A stretch of DNA of 64,000 nt from the NCBI GenBank assembly GCA_039819165.1, contig JBCBSM010000002.1, positions 453,426-517,425 of the forward strand, written 5' to 3'. The position numbers were made by a program, and so were the translations under genes. This DNA comes from Planctomycetota bacterium. GTDB taxonomy: Bacteria > Planctomycetota > Phycisphaerae > Phycisphaerales > UBA1924. The notes under the pieces were generated by a model, which saw nothing but the letters and a program-made list of their open reading frames with translations, ran no database searches and had not been told where the DNA came from. Numbering within the stretch: position 1 is the first letter of the stretch; each line of letters starts with the position of its first letter. This document shows, one piece after another, positions 34,997-44,097 of the stretch.

Positions 34997-36865
34997 ATGG
35001 TCTGTAAGCGCAGCACTGCCGTCGTTACAGTGGCCCTGGCTTTCGCCGGATCATCGGCCGGCCAGGTTGAAATGGTGGCTCGTACCCACGATCCGAACGC
35101 CGAATTTGGCGAGAAGGCGACGGATGCGGCGATCTCCGTGGGTTCGGATGCCATCGTTGTGACTTCGAACCACGGCATCACGATGCTCTCCAAGACCGGC
35201 GTGATCCTCGATGATCGACCGGTGGGCGTCGGTGGTGTAACGCCATGGCCGTTCATTCGGGTGGGTACTGGATCGGCGACGCCCGCAGAGAGCCGCTTTT
35301 TTGACGGTCGCACAGATTACGGCGAGGGCAGGCAGTGGATCAGCTACAGCGAAGAGAACCGGAGCGGCACCGGGGCAAACAACATCTCGCCGCTGCACCT
35401 CGCCGTCAACAAGAACCCGGCCCTGTTTCCAGCAGGAGGCACTCTCAATACATTTAACGACTCGCACTGGTGGTACTTCACCGGGACGGACACCGATCCA
35501 GGCAATGGCGGTTCGGCGTTCCGGATGTGGGATACGACCATGGACCGCTACGACGATGGTGGAACGCACAATCCGTTTCCGCTGCCGATTGACCAAGCAG
35601 GCCTCTTCGATCTCCCAGTCATCTCGATCGACGAACAGGCGATCTACGTGACCGCATTCGGTTTCGACGTCCCACCTGGGGCAGGGGCCGAGTTCTCTTG
35701 CCTCTTCATCATTCCCCTTCGCTTTAATCCAGACGCATCGGGAGTGCCGCAGTCGTCCATCCTCGACGGCGATCGTCCGGATGAGGACGACTTCCTCTGC
35801 ATGCGGTTTGAAGATCTGGAGGACACGCCCTTTGTGAGTGCACCGGATTCTCACACGCGCCAGTATCCCGTGCAAGAACCGCATGAGCAATACGAGAACA
35901 CCCAGTTGTTTGTGGGTGTTGGAGAAAGTGGCGAGCAGACCGCCATTCGCATGGGCGGAATGTGGTTCGATGAGAACGCGAACCCGGCACCTCGCTGGCG
36001 ATACACTCAGCGGCTAGATGTCAGTGGTTCTAGTCCAACCGGTGATCTTGAGGACATGGAGATCAACACGAGCGGTGGATTCAACTTCTTCTACAGCGGT
36101 GTACCCGCGACCGCACCTGGATTCAGTCCGAACGTTCCTGGGTCGTTTATTTCATCGGCCGTTCTAACCGAGGACAACCAAGGGAATCCACGGGTCTTCG
36201 TGGCCCACCATTGCAACCCGTCAGATGAAGCCAGTACTCCCCAGAGATTGGACGAATGGGTGGTTCAGTGGTACGTGATCGATCCAGATCTGGGCAACTT
36301 CCAGACATCTCCGTCTGTCTGGCAACCCAGCATCATCGAGCGAGGACGATTGTCCGGTACCGGCGACTACTACCACCCGACCATTGGGGTGACCAGGCAA
36401 GGTACCGCGTATCTAGAGTACACCTACTCCGACAACATAGTCGGCCCCGAAGTACGCCGGGCGCGGCTCAACAGTTCCTACGACGCAATCGTCTCTGGTA
36501 GCGAGGTTGTCGTCGAGGCCGGACCAGGTATCCCGTACATCCTGACCGATGGCAAGTGGGCCGACTTCTCGGATATGCAGCACGACCCCGTCTCGTGCAA
36601 GCTCTGGTCGGTGCACACGCTGGTTCATGAACCTGGAAATCAGGACACCTTCACCGACAAGCGAGACATCTGGCTGTTCGAACTCCCGTACAACTGCTTC
36701 AGCCCGGACCTGAACCAGAACATGGTCATGGATCCGGGTGACGTCGCGTTGTTCGACATCTACTACGCCGACCAAGACGAACGAGCCGATGCCGATTTCA
36801 GCGGCGAGATCGATGCGTACGACGCCGCGGCGTTCATCGACGCATACACCGCCGGCACGCCGTAG
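34997..36865 (+). CDS. secreted hypothetical protein with degenerate dockerin-like tail
   Basis: ATG at 34997 and signal peptide MVCKRSTAVVTVALAFAGSSAGQ. Lower GC. C-terminus is DADFSGEIDAYDAAAFIDAYTAG. Confidence 0.6.
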   Translation: MVCKRSTAVVTVALAFAGSSAGQVEMVARTHDPNAEFGEKATDAAISVGSDAIVVTSNHGITMLSKTGVILDDRPVGVGGVTPWPFIRVGTGSATPAESRFFDGRTDYGEGRQWISYSEENRSGTGANNISPLHLAVNKNPALFPAGGTLNTFNDSHWWYFTGTDTDPGNGGSAFRMWDTTMDRYDDGGTHNPFPLPIDQAGLFDLPVISIDEQAIYVTAFGFDVPPGAGAEFSCLFIIPLRFNPDASGVPQSSILDGDRPDEDDFLCMRFEDLEDTPFVSAPDSHTRQYPVQEPHEQYENTQLFVGVGESGEQTAIRMGGMWFDENANPAPRWRYTQRLDVSGSSPTGDLEDMEINTSGGFNFFYSGVPATAPGFSPNVPGSFISSAVLTEDNQGNPRVFVAHHCNPSDEASTPQRLDEWVVQWYVIDPDLGNFQTSPSVWQPSIIERGRLSGTGDYYHPTIGVTRQGTAYLEYTYSDNIVGPEVRRARLNSSYDAIVSGSEVVVEAGPGIPYILTDGKWADFSDMQHDPVSCKLWSVHTLVHEPGNQDTFTDKRDIWLFELPYNCFSPDLNQNMVMDPGDVALFDIYYADQDERADADFSGEIDAYDAAAFIDAYTAGTP

Positions 36866-36922
36866 GCAGCCGGTCGCGATCGCCATCGTGCGACCGCCAG
36901 AGTCTGGCAGCCAATTCGGACC

Positions 36923-36961
36923 GAGGGCCTGCCGTTCGCCGGCGGGCCCTCTTGTCGTTTT
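36923..36961 (+). terminator. rho-independent terminator
   Basis: GAGGGCC...GGGCCCTC stem followed by TTGTCGTTTTGG, about 60 nt after the stop at 36865. Confidence 0.6.
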
Positions 36962-37169
36962 GGCGTGTTCATCGTGGTCTTCGCTTCTGCCCGTTTCGTT
37001 CGTTGAAGTTGGTGCTGGAGCTTGACGCTCTCCGCCGCCCGGTCAAGGGGCCGTGTTGCCCTTGCGAGGCTGCGCTTCTCGGGCTGCCCGCACCAACCCC
37101 TTGACCCGCCGGCTCTGCCGAGCATCCTTGGGCATCCATCACTTCAACGAACAGAAAGCAGCACGTGAT

Positions 37170-37448
37170 ATGGCCACACAGAAGAACACACCCATCAGGA
37201 CCATCGCCGATGGCCGCATCAAGGCGAGCATCTAGCGGAACTACCCCAAGAACGGGAGCGAGAAGGGCCCCTTCTACGGCGTGACGTTCACCCGGTCGTA
37301 CCGAGACGCCGACGGCACCTGGCACGACAGCGACAGCTTCTCTGGCACCGAGCTCCTAGTCCTCGGCCGGCTATCCGCCAGGGCCTACGACGCGATCGCC
37401 GAGCTGCGAGCCGCGGACAGGGCCGCCAGCCAGGCCGACGCGGCGTAG
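37170..37448 (+). pseudogene. paralog of the 49301..49573 gene, interrupted by an in-frame TAG (Trp codon position)
   Basis: MATQKNTPIRTIADGRIKASI*RNYPKNGSEKGPFYGVTFTRSYRDADGTWHDSDSFSGTELL... aligns with MTQTTNSKPAETIRDGAIKATIWRNQS...GPFYSVRFTRTYTDEQGQFHDSDSFSGTELL. The TAG at 37233-37235 sits where the paralog has TGG. Confidence 0.65.
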
Positions 37449-37546
37449 GCATCAATCCCGGGCCCCGCAACGGGGTCCGGGTGCTTGCGTTCAGGCCAGA
37501 TGTGTGGCAAACTCGACGGAGACTACCATTGACCAGCGAGGCCACC

Positions 37547-37831
37547 ATGCGAATCGAAATCCACCTCCCAGCACAGATCGAGGCGGCCGTTCGGGGCCGG
37601 CTCGAGGATCTCGAGCGAACGGCCCGGGAAGCCCTGCTGATCGATCTGTACCGGCGGGAGTTGCTCACCCACCGCGAGCTGGGCGAGGCCCTCGGCCTGG
37701 ATCGCGACGAGACGACCGACCTGCTCCGGCGGCGGGGCGTCTACGCCGGCAGCGCCGGGCTGGAAGATCTGGCCGGTGATCGTGCGACGCTCGATCGCGT
37801 CCTCGGTCGCAACGGCGCCGAGCCGCACTAG
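37547..37831 (+). CDS. UPF0175-family antitoxin
   Basis: MRIEIHLPAQIEAAV...EALLIDLYRRELLTHRELGEALGLDRDETTDLLRRRGV. Lies 3 nt upstream of the PIN-like gene. Confidence 0.7.
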   Translation: MRIEIHLPAQIEAAVRGRLEDLERTAREALLIDLYRRELLTHRELGEALGLDRDETTDLLRRRGVYAGSAGLEDLAGDRATLDRVLGRNGAEPH

Positions 37832-37834
37832 TCC

Positions 37835-38320
37835 ATGATCGTCGTCTCCGACGCATCCCCGATCATCGCGCTCGTGAACATCCGGGCGATCGGCGTGCTG
37901 CCCGAGCTCTTCGGCACCGTGGCGGTTCCAACGGCGGTTGCCCATGAGCTGAGAGACGCCCGTCGACCGGCGTCAGTCCGTGCCTTCATCGAGGCACCAC
38001 CCGAGTGGCTCCAGATCCACGATGTGGGCCCGCACGAGCCGATCGCCCGCATCCACGCCGGCGAGGACGAAGCCATCGCCTTGGCCATGGAGATCCAGTC
38101 GCCGCTGATCCTGATGGACGATCGCGATGGCCGTGCGGCCGCCGTGGCTCGCGGCCTCGATGTCACCGGCACGGTTGGGGTGCTGGAACTGGCCGCCCGC
38201 CGCGACATGCTGGACCTGGCCGAGGCCTTCGTTGCCCTCAAGGCGACCGATTTCTACATCTCGCCGCGGGTACTGGAGCTCGTGCTGGAGCGCTTTCGAG
38301 CCGAACGCGGGACGTACTGA
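37835..38320 (+). CDS. DUF3368/PIN-like nuclease toxin
   Basis: MIVVSDASPIIALVNI..., HAGEDEAIALAMEI, LILMDDRDGR and TGTVGVLELA, which is the DUF3368 pattern. Confidence 0.75.
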   Translation: MIVVSDASPIIALVNIRAIGVLPELFGTVAVPTAVAHELRDARRPASVRAFIEAPPEWLQIHDVGPHEPIARIHAGEDEAIALAMEIQSPLILMDDRDGRAAAVARGLDVTGTVGVLELAARRDMLDLAEAFVALKATDFYISPRVLELVLERFRAERGTY

Positions 38321-38408
38321 TGCCACCCCATCCGGTATCGATACGGGCTGGTTGAGCTGCAGGGAGTCATCGCGCCCCTACTGTTGTTTCACCCAATGGA
38401 GTCTCATA

Positions 38409-38840
38409 ATGACGGATGCTCTACGCATACAGATGGCTGTTGATTCGCTGGCAAGCACACTTGACCTTTACCAAGATGTCCAAAAGATGGTCGTCGGATC
38501 CCTAGTCATCGCCATAGGCTGGCTCCTCACAGTAGATAAGACGCGCAGATACCTCCGTCAGCAAAAAACACTTGGGTGTGTTGTCGCAGGCGTTTTCTTG
38601 GTCGGAGCAATCGGACATCTTATTCTCGTGTGGAAGAACCTATATGCAGAGTCACAAGCCCTCATGGATCTCTTGAGGCAGCAGCACTCGGACGTGCTGC
38701 TGCCTGAGTACTACAAGACATACGAGATCGACGCTCTAACTTTCGTGATGCACATGGCAATCAACCAGGCACTCTTCTTGCTGTTTATTGTGTTGGTCCT
38801 CGTTGCATGCTATAGCAAAAAGGGTGTCTCGCGCGAGTAG
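38409..38840 (+). CDS. hypothetical membrane protein (AT-rich cargo)
   Basis: ATG at 38409, 143 aa, 3 TM helices (VVGSLVIAIGWLLTV, VVAGVFLVGAIGHLILV, ALFLLFIVLVLVACY). This is the lowest-GC stretch in the window. Confidence 0.5.
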   Translation: MTDALRIQMAVDSLASTLDLYQDVQKMVVGSLVIAIGWLLTVDKTRRYLRQQKTLGCVVAGVFLVGAIGHLILVWKNLYAESQALMDLLRQQHSDVLLPEYYKTYEIDALTFVMHMAINQALFLLFIVLVLVACYSKKGVSRE

Positions 38841-38915
38841 AGTCTGATGCGATTGGTGTTCCGATGCGAACCAGCAAACGACGGCCCGAGTGTGGACCGT
38901 ATCGCCAAAGAGGGT

Positions 38916-39962
38916 TCAGTAGCTGACTTTAAATGTCGGCGAGTCCTCCGGCCGCGACCGCCTGCGGTCGTAGAGCCTGGTCGTGGCGATCGAGGCATGC
39001 CCGAGCCACATCTGGACGTAGGCGATGTCGGCCTGGTGCTCGAGGGCGTTGGTGGCGGCGGTGGCCCGCAGCGCGTGCAGGCACAGCCCGTCCATCGAGA
39101 TGCCGGCCGCAGCCCCGTACCGCTTGAGCAGCTTGTAGATCCCATCGCCGGTGATGGCCTTCTCGAGGTTGCCGGTGGGCGATTTCACCGGCCGGAACAA
39201 CGCCCCCGGCCGATCGTCGGCGTGGCCCGCGGTTGCCAGGTACTCCTGGATGGCCGACAGCGCGGCCGGATGCACCGGCACGTACCGCGTCTTTGAGCCC
39301 TTCCCGAACACCGTGAAGTGCATCACGCCCCGCCGCTCGCGGAGGTCCAGCACGCGCAGGTCGGCGACCTCGCTGCGGCGCAGCGCATGGAACAGGTAGG
39401 TGGCCAGGATCGCGCGATCGCGGATGGCCTTGAGCGAGTCGCCCTCGGGCGCCTTGAGCAGGGCCCTCGCCTGGTCGTCGGACAGCGCGGGGGTTTTGCC
39501 CTCGTTGGCGCCCTCGGTGGGCCGCTTGACGCCGGCGACGGGATTGGACTCGACGGCGTTGGCGTTGCACAGGTAGTCAAAGAGCGAGCTCACGGCCGAG
39601 AGCTTGCGCCGGATGGTGGCCGGGGCGAGCGATCGACCCTCGGGCCCAGCCGTCTCGAGGACGCTCCGCCAGGCGATGACGTGGGCGCGGGTGACGTCGC
39701 GGAACTCGTCGGCGTGCTCGATGCCGCAGAAGGCGACGAAGGCCTCGACGTCGCCCTGGTAGGCCCGGCGGGTGTTGGGGTTGTCGATGTTGGCCAGCCA
39801 GACGGCCGCGGCGGGCACGTCGGCCAGGGAGCGGAACTGCTCGTCGGTGAGCATCCGGGCGGGCAGCGAGGCGTCGCCGCCCACCCGAACAATCTGCGTC
39901 TCTGTATCCTGGCCCACCCCGATCATATCGTCCATTATGCTCTTGATAATGTATTTTATCAA
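38916..39962 (-). CDS. tyrosine recombinase, XerC/XerD-like
   Basis: N-terminal SAM-like domain ([15 protein letters not shown]) and catalytic region [20 protein letters not shown] and [16 protein letters not shown]. The annotated TTG start lies inside an AT-rich inverted repeat, so the true start may be the ATG 9-12 codons in. Confidence 0.85.
   Translation of the reverse strand: MIKYIIKSIMDDMIGVGQDTETQIVRVGGDASLPARMLTDEQFRSLADVPAAAVWLANIDNPNTRRAYQGDVEAFVAFCGIEHADEFRDVTRAHVIAWRSVLETAGPEGRSLAPATIRRKLSAVSSLFDYLCNANAVESNPVAGVKRPTEGANEGKTPALSDDQARALLKAPEGDSLKAIRDRAILATYLFHALRRSEVADLRVLDLRERRGVMHFTVFGKGSKTRYVPVHPAALSAIQEYLATAGHADDRPGALFRPVKSPTGNLEKAITGDGIYKLLKRYGAAAGISMDGLCLHALRATAATNALEHQADIAYVQMWLGHASIATTRLYDRRRSRPEDSPTFKVSY
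39942..39962. promoter_or_regulatory. dif-like Xer core site (7-bp inverted arms, 6-bp spacer)
   Basis: TTGATAA-TGTATT-TTATCAA (coordinates +/-1); the arms extend to about 10 bp with one bulge. Compare the E. coli dif core ...CATAA-TGTATA-TTATG... (recalled). Overlaps the 5' end of the recombinase ORF. Confidence 0.45.
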
Positions 39963-40087
39963 GAGTAATTATTCGGGCTTTGCTTGGAGATTTGCGACGA
40001 CTTGTTCAGCCGTTCAGGAACCGGCGCCATCCACATCCGCACCTCCTAAGGGGTACCATGCCGATTCTCCACGTGTTGTGCTGAGTC

Positions 40088-40711
40088 GTGGAAGGGCTGA
40101 AGATGGCAAGAGCGGTACTCGACCGAGAAGTTGACATCGATGTCGAATCCGTGCCAGATTCGGCGGATGATGGCCAAACATCCCAGACCGGCACGATGCT
40201 GATCGCGGACGGAGAGTCGCTCCGCGAGGCGAACGCGGCCCTTCGCCGACAGAACCAGGAACTCGAGCAGGAGGTTCGTTCTCTGCGGTCAATCGTCGGC
40301 CCGGTCTTCCATGCCGATGCGCGTACCGACATCGTGGGTGCCCTGACGGAACTGGGCGAGACGATCACGGCACGGCACAAGCCGGAAATTGATCGTCTGA
40401 ACACCATCTTCGCCGAGGCTGGCGGTGCAAGTCTGCCGGAACGCCTTGAAAGTATGGAATATGTTCGTGATTCGACCCGCTGGTTCCAGAACCGGCTCGG
40501 GACCGACCTCACGTCCAGTGCCGGAGACACGGGCCGGCTCCGGATCACGCTGAGCGCGAGCAATAGCCTCCCGTACTTCCAGTTTCAGTCGAAGCGATCG
40601 GGAGCCAAGCAAAGGTACCGGGGCTTGGGCTGCGCAGCCTGGGGTTTCCCCAATGGGCTGTCCCAAGTTCTTGTCGAACCAGCTCCGGAGCCCCCGCCCC
40701 TAATCGGTTGA
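40088..40711 (+). CDS. hypothetical protein (coiled-coil segment)
   Basis: 207 aa. GTG at 40088 or ATG at 40103. Has the heptad-like LREANAALRRQNQELEQEVRSLRSI. No motif. Confidence 0.4.
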   Translation: MEGLKMARAVLDREVDIDVESVPDSADDGQTSQTGTMLIADGESLREANAALRRQNQELEQEVRSLRSIVGPVFHADARTDIVGALTELGETITARHKPEIDRLNTIFAEAGGASLPERLESMEYVRDSTRWFQNRLGTDLTSSAGDTGRLRITLSASNSLPYFQFQSKRSGAKQRYRGLGCAAWGFPNGLSQVLVEPAPEPPPLIG

Positions 40712-40830
40712 CGTCTGCCGTTGGCCGTTTTCGGTCTGCGGCCAAAGCCGGCCGCGTGTAACAGTAGCGTCGCAACTCTACTATTGCTCCTAGACCCGAT
40801 ATCCTGGTGGATATCGGGAAGGAGGGTTCT

Positions 40831-41664
40831 ATGGGTACGCAATCTGTGACCATTCGTGCGGCGTATATTCGGGTTGCCGGAGCACTGGCCGCCGCGCTGG
40901 TTCTTGGCCTTCTCGCGTGGATGGCCCGGTCGCCTGCCGGGCAATCCGCAGTCGTCACCGGCGACGGTAATCAGGTCGAGCAGAACATCGGTCCGTCCAA
41001 GGAGGCCATAGCCAAGCTCGGTGGGATCGAGCGCGATGTTGACCGCCAGACGAACATCGCCGAACTGATCGAGTGGCGCAATCGTGCCGAGCGAAAATTC
41101 CTCGAGTACGAGGGGCCGGCGGACTATGCGATCTCGGTCATGTCCTCCGCGGTCGATCTGGGTCTCTCGCAAGGCAAGACGCCGGGCGATATCATCCAGA
41201 TCTTCCAGCCGGTGTACACAAACTTCCGCATGTCCGTCGATGAAGCAGCGACCGAGCTGGAAGCGGTCGGAGTGCCGATCCGCGATCACCCCATATACGC
41301 CGAGCTCGAGAGGCACTATGCTGAGTTCGAGGCGATCGGCGCTGCCGAGGACCCGAGCACCCAGCAGGCCAGGTACGCCCAGAAAAAGCTCTCCAGCATT
41401 CTTGCGGTGTTCAATGCATGTGCACGCGTGGCGATCAACGATGAGTACGCTCGCCGACACGAGGCCCTGAAGACGACCTCTGGCATCGCGCCCGGCGGCA
41501 CACCATCGGTCGTACGCGGTTCGAGTGTCCGCGTCTGGATGTTGGTCCTCGCAGGGATTCTGCCGCTCCTCGCCGAGTGCTGGATCAGGCGAAGCTCTAT
41601 CTCGAATCTCCTTTGCACAACCCGGGCTGTGGCACACGGTGCAAGCCCAACACACCCAGCGTAG
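40831..41664 (+). CDS. hypothetical membrane-anchored protein
   Basis: RBS GGAAGGAGGG precedes the ATG at 40831. N-terminal TM (VAGALAAALVLGLLAWM) and C-terminal TM (VWMLVLAGILPLLAECW). No motif. Confidence 0.45.
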   Translation: MGTQSVTIRAAYIRVAGALAAALVLGLLAWMARSPAGQSAVVTGDGNQVEQNIGPSKEAIAKLGGIERDVDRQTNIAELIEWRNRAERKFLEYEGPADYAISVMSSAVDLGLSQGKTPGDIIQIFQPVYTNFRMSVDEAATELEAVGVPIRDHPIYAELERHYAEFEAIGAAEDPSTQQARYAQKKLSSILAVFNACARVAINDEYARRHEALKTTSGIAPGGTPSVVRGSSVRVWMLVLAGILPLLAECWIRRSSISNLLCTTRAVAHGASPTHPA

Positions 41665-41782
41665 CAGCGCCACCGTTTGCAGCCCGCGTCAGAAGTGGCA
41701 GCGAGCCTTCGACGGCATTCGCTGCGGCTTGTGATCGTGGGTCGGACGTACCTGCTTCTGGAAACAGAGAAGGAGATGCCCC

Positions 41783-42703
41783 GTGCACAGCAGTTGGATC
41801 TACACGAACTTGGACTCCGACGGAGTTGCACTCGCGGTTCTTGCGGAGCCCGAGGCGGACGGCCTGATGGCTCGAAGGACACCCCCAAGACTCGCTCGTC
41901 CAACGACCAGCATTGCAGTCGTTACGCTGCTGGTTGTGTTCGCGTCCTTGTGCGTCAACTCGCTCTCCTTGGCGATCGCGTACGACGCCCGTGAATCGAC
42001 CGGGCGCTACGCCGAAGAGGGCTTGAGGCTTGCCCAGGAACAACACGGGTTCCTAGTTCGCATCGTCACCGATCGGGAGTTTCGCGATGCGGTACGCCAA
42101 CCTGATGGTGCAGAAGATCGCGAAGCATCGGCTAGGCGAGCCAACGAAGGCGTCAAGCTGGCCGTCAGGCTATATCGCGACGACAATGCGAACCCCTACG
42201 CTCGCACGAGATTGCGCGTGTGCCTGAACCACCTAGCGGATCGGCAGAAACAGCTCAATAATCGGGATGCAGAAAAGGCCTTGTTCGGATTGGCGGGCAA
42301 CGTCCTACTCGGTGTTGCACGGTTCTTCGACGAAGAGGTGATGCTGGTCATCGACGAGGGCTACAACGCTGCGAATGCGGCCGGCAGTGTGCTCAAGGAC
42401 GAGATCGACCGAGAAGATCCGGCCAAGCGCGATGCAGCTATCAAACTAATCCAGCGACACATTGACGCTATTGTGCCGATCCGCAACGCCGCACAGAATC
42501 CGTGGGATCGTTCCGTGGCAGCCGGTGCCCAGTTAGCCCTGCTCATCTCACGCCTCGAGGCTCCGACGTCCGAAGCCGAGCTCGAAGAGATCCGAGCAGA
42601 GATCGTCGACATCGTCGAGAACGATCTCATCATCGGCACAACCCACCACACCCGTGTTGACATCGAAGCGACTCTCGAGAAGCTCGAGCACAAGGTTCCG
42701 TGA
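41783..42703 (+). CDS. hypothetical membrane-anchored helical protein
   Basis: RBS GAAGGAG lies 6 nt before the GTG at 41783. One TM (IAVVTLLVVFASLCVNSLSLAIA), then about 230 aa of helical sequence. No motif. Confidence 0.45.
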   Translation: MHSSWIYTNLDSDGVALAVLAEPEADGLMARRTPPRLARPTTSIAVVTLLVVFASLCVNSLSLAIAYDARESTGRYAEEGLRLAQEQHGFLVRIVTDREFRDAVRQPDGAEDREASARRANEGVKLAVRLYRDDNANPYARTRLRVCLNHLADRQKQLNNRDAEKALFGLAGNVLLGVARFFDEEVMLVIDEGYNAANAAGSVLKDEIDREDPAKRDAAIKLIQRHIDAIVPIRNAAQNPWDRSVAAGAQLALLISRLEAPTSEAELEEIRAEIVDIVENDLIIGTTHHTRVDIEATLEKLEHKVP

Positions 42704-42731
42704 GCGAGCCGATCGGGTCGCAACCCCAGAA

Positions 42732-43460
42732 TCAACTATCCGCAGACATCACAGGTGCAACGGCTTGATCGATCGCGATCACCATCGAGAGCGGCACCCA
42801 CACCCTATCCGTGCCCGTCGTGCCTGCGCGCGGGCGGCGATCGATGGCAATCCACCCACCGCCAATGCCGTGGAGCGTCCCGCTGACACTCAAGACTGCC
42901 CCATTGTGTGCGTCGGCCAGCCAGCTTCCGGGCAGGTCCGAGGATTGGCCCAGCACATCCCTTCGATACCGAACGGTCACGGATGCTCCAGCCTGCGGTC
43001 CGTCTACGAACCCCAGAATCGGCGCCGAGAAGGATGCATCGCCGCCTTGTTCGCCGCCGTCGATCACGGCATAAACCAGCGTGATCACCCACAGCACGAT
43101 CAGCACACCGTGGCTGATCGCGTTCCCCAGGCCGCCCCATCGCGCGAGCTTCTGAAAGGCTGGCAACTGGGCATGGCCGAGCTGGTCCTGTCGCCCGAAC
43201 ACTGCCTTGGAATAGACGATCATGCCTATTGCTGTGCCCAAAGAGACGCCGTTCTGGACAATGAAGGCAATTGCGAGCAACCACGTCGCGAATGGAGTGG
43301 TGACCTTCTCCAGCACGACGCCGATGGCCACGAAGTTCACCGTCAGGAACACGGTGTAGAACTTGATGTAGATGTCCCAGGCCTTGAGAACCTGGTCCTG
43401 CAGCCCGGATGCGAGCAGGTAGGACTCGACGGGTTCTGGCGTGTCTGGTGGTTCTGCCAT
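42732..43460 (-). CDS. hypothetical 4-TM membrane protein with soluble C-terminal domain
   Basis: 242 aa. TM helices FYTVFLTVNFVAIGVVL, WLLAIAFIVQNGVSLGTAIGMIV and VLIVLWVITLVYAVI. The beta-rich tail is convergent with the three preceding genes. Confidence 0.5.
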   Translation of the reverse strand: MAEPPDTPEPVESYLLASGLQDQVLKAWDIYIKFYTVFLTVNFVAIGVVLEKVTTPFATWLLAIAFIVQNGVSLGTAIGMIVYSKAVFGRQDQLGHAQLPAFQKLARWGGLGNAISHGVLIVLWVITLVYAVIDGGEQGGDASFSAPILGFVDGPQAGASVTVRYRRDVLGQSSDLPGSWLADAHNGAVLSVSGTLHGIGGGWIAIDRRPRAGTTGTDRVWVPLSMVIAIDQAVAPVMSADS

Positions 43461-43795
43461 GTTTGCACTTCGGCGAGGGCGTCAGCCACCACCGGCTTCG
43501 GTGGACGGGCCATATGCTCCACCACCCGTTGACGCATCTTGGAGGTGGTCGCCGCGCTGTTCTGCACGGTCGGCGCCCGCAAACGCAGCATCAAACACGA
43601 GCAACTCCGCATCGGAGGCGAATCCCAGCAGAAGCCGCTGTCGAGGTCTGGGCATAGGCCATGCTATGACCAGCGGCAGGAGCTGCCTCGAGGGTGACCA
43701 TGGCCAGCTCCTGCCCGCCGGATTCAGCTATCGCATTGCAGCCCCCTCCGGATCTCCTGGGCACGATTCCTCTGGACACACGAACCAAATCGTGC

Positions 43796-43825
43796 GACAA
43801 TGCCAATAGACAGTAATGCATTGTC
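43796..43825. promoter_or_regulatory. inverted repeat, probable TA operator
   Basis: GACAATGC-N14-GCATTGTC ends 11 nt upstream of the antitoxin ATG (43837). Confidence 0.45.
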
Positions 43826-43836
43826 TGGAGGCAGCC

Positions 43837-44097
43837 ATGATCCGATCCACGCTCACCGAGCGGTGGCAGACCACCATCCCCGCGGCGATCCGAAAGGCGC
43901 TGCGGCTCAAGCCCCGCCAGCAGCTCACCTACGAGCTGGTCGATGGCGGCGTGCTCATCCGTGGCCAGTGCGGATCGCTCGACGACTACTACGGCTGCCT
44001 GGGTGATGACGCCCAGGCGGGCACCAAGGCCGAGGAGCGTCGCGCGGCCCGCGAGAGCCGCGTCGCGCGGTACACCCAGCCGAACCCGCCGGCATGA
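43837..44097 (+). CDS. AbrB/MazE/SpoVT-family antitoxin
   Basis: MIRSTLTERWQTTIPAAIRKALRLKPRQQLTYELVDGGVLIR (swapped-hairpin motif). ATGA overlap with the PIN gene. Confidence 0.75.
   Translation: MIRSTLTERWQTTIPAAIRKALRLKPRQQLTYELVDGGVLIRGQCGSLDDYYGCLGDDAQAGTKAEERRAARESRVARYTQPNPPA

Noticed and set aside
38127-38408. N-terminal extension of ORF 38127..38840, which overlaps the DUF3368/PIN gene.
   Set aside because: The high-GC extension overlaps a motif-supported gene. GC content drops exactly at the internal ATG at 38409, where the hydrophobic protein begins.
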